DNA of 61,967 bases, filler included, from Basidiobolus ranarum (lineage: Eukaryota), in NCBI GenBank assembly GCA_040143965.1. It is 26 parts of 26 records of this genome, joined end to end, with 100 filler letters (N's around TTAATTAATTAA, not from the genome) between each part and the next. Parts side by side here need not be neighbours in the genome. Positions count along the whole stretch, not along the records: positions 59,689 to 61,967 come from JASJQH010003536.1; 25 more parts are not named here. The stretch is one strand, 5' to 3'. Shown one piece after another: positions 60,118 to 61,967 of the stretch; the stretch's first letter is position 1; each line of letters begins with the position of its first letter. Below the pieces are notes generated by a model. That model saw only the letters and a program-made list of their open reading frames with translations. It searched no databases and had not been told where the DNA came from. A program made the translations under genes and the position numbers.

Positions 60118-61967
60118 ATCATATCTCCAAATAGTTTAACATCCTGAGGGCTGAGGTTGCCATTGCCATTCATGACAGTAGCTAGTCTTTGTAGAGTTAG
60201 TCTGATGCTAGTGTTATTGTCTAGTGGCTCCCTTTCCGGATTGGATGGTCTGGTTTCATCAGTAAGTGGTTCAAGGGAAGGTTTTACTTTAGTAGCAACT
60301 GTCTTGTACTTAGTCCTTACAATGGCTTCTTGTACTTTTGGTCCTAAAGCAGCTCCCCAAGCTAAGTTTGAGTTGGATGTATAATATATTTGGTAGTGAG
60401 TATCTTCTTTGATGCTGCCTCTGCATTCAGTTTGAGTTCTATGGTCAGTGGCTGGTGCTCCATAAAAGTTTGCAAGTAGTCCTGGGTTGCTTCCATAAAT
60501 GGTGTACCAAACAGATCCATAAGGGTAATTCATGACCATTTCTCTTGCTTTTGTCTCCCAAGGTCTTCCAAGTAGTAGGTTGAAGTTTGCTTTTTAGCAT
60601 ATGAAGACAGGTACAGTGTGCCCTAATCCTTGTATGTTGATGGGAAACACATGAATGACTGCTAAAAGTGAAGTGACTCTAGTGTTGGCATCATGCATAT
60701 TCCAGTGTATGTTAGTATCCATTGGGAGCAAGTGTTTGCATAGTAATGACTTATAGAAGTCATTTGGCATCACACCAAGCACTGACCCACTATTAATATG
60801 GCTATGTAGAAGGTCTCCATGAGTTAACCCACTAACTATGGCTGTGGACGCTGAGTAGTATGTGAATCTAGGTGTTTCCTTATTCATCTTGGGAAGTGGT
60901 TCATTATGAGTTGTCTGTATAATTCTTGCAGAAGGTTGATCTATAGGTTGTCTCCTAGTGCTTATGATGTCATCTAGATTTTTCTGACTGTAGGTGAAAC
61001 ACTAACAAGATCCCCAATTGTGATGGAGAGGCAAGAGTCTAAGATCCTCTCAGTAAGTGTCTCAGGATCTGCCTGCTGGCTTGGATTGCATATGATAGTT
61101 AGGCTGTTCAGGTCCTTCTTCAGTAGTTCTTGGTGGTGGTTTTGGAATGTTATCCATAACAACCTCTGGCTTAGAAGATCTTGCCTTCAGTATACCAGTA
61201 GGTCTTAGTTCCTCAGGTAGAGAAGTTGTCCTGGCAGCATAAACTGCAGCTAGGCATGAAAAATCATCTTCATTAGCAGACTCCAATGTTTGATTTTGGT
61301 GCTAGTCAACAGCAAAGTGTGGTGTGTTGCGGTCAGGGTCTTCTACAGTTATTCTTCTAGTGTTGTTAACTGTTGGTGGTAAGTTGCTTTCATACCTCCT
61401 CATCCAAAGTTTAGCCTGACATTTCTGCCATTATGATCAAGTGTAAACCCTCTTGAGTCCAACTGGAGCTCTCCTTTGTCAAGTAGTTCATTCAATTCAG
61501 GACAGTCCTTCTTGGAATGTTTGGTTGAGTCACACCATACACAATTAGATGAGTAGGAAGATTGATAGGTTCCTCCTTGGAAGGACTTGCTCAAAGAAGG
61601 GAGTTCCTGGGGATATGCATAATGGTAGTATTGGGGTTGACATGTTGAATGAGTAGTAGTATGAGTAGTAGTCTTTCTTGTTGTAAGTCCTCAGAGAGAT
61701 TCAATAGGATCCCCAACATTTGGTGCCAAATGTAGTTGTTTTATGTTGAAAGCAGCAACTATAACTGCAATATCCTAAGAATTTTGTGAGGTGTTCAAAG
61801 GGTGTGCTAACCACAGTTGAATAACTCTGGGATGTACTGTAATATGGGTGTGTCTTTTGCTGCTTGGGTCTTTGTGAAAGGGAATCAAGTCTCTAGAAAT
61901 GTCTAAGGACTGATAAACCACAATGAAATGTCCAGCTTTCTGTTGAATAATATGCTGGCACCTGACA
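60118..61967 (-). mobile_element. Ty3/Gypsy element: 5' LTR-F (61967-61731), PBS, deleted gag with CCHC knuckle, protease and pre-RT linker
   Basis: PBS TGGCACCAAATGTTGGGG; CVWCDSTKHSKKDC; ITIGDLVSVSP; HINSGSV (DSG decayed); LLLGRPW; TKYKTVATKVKP. Confidence 0.88.

Overview
This window is not one locus. It is a concatenation of 26 unplaced contigs of about 2.3 kb, sorted by decreasing length and joined by an artificial 100-bp linker (N44-TTAATTAATTAA-N44), so adjacency across a linker carries no information. The source is a repeat-rich eukaryote, most likely an early-diverging fungus (inferred from short GT-AG introns, fungal-type genes and TE families). Most contigs are CpG-depleted nests of decayed transposons: a two-ORF CACTA/CMC-type DNA transposon with CCCTAACA termini, at least four Ty1/Copia LTR families (three with visible half-tRNA-iMet-type PBS), several Ty3/Gypsy families and an unclassified element ending in TAGACTTG. 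Host gene fragments include GPC1-like, a class-3 lipase pseudogene, DJ-1/PfpI, two bacterial-type GSTs, PCK1, a GH20 hexosaminidase, a PA-M28 aminopeptidase and a P1B heavy-metal ATPase. The highlights are: (1) an intron-containing Fanzor1 (eukaryotic TnpB-derived RNA-guided nuclease) remnant with a candidate omegaRNA at its 3' end; (2) a 282-bp solo LTR carrying a 73-nt tRNA cloverleaf; (3) a cluster of three tiny paralogous genes with an NGRRLSI motif; (4) an in-frame Copia gag::hexosaminidase chimera. All calls come from reading the sequence; no database searches were run.
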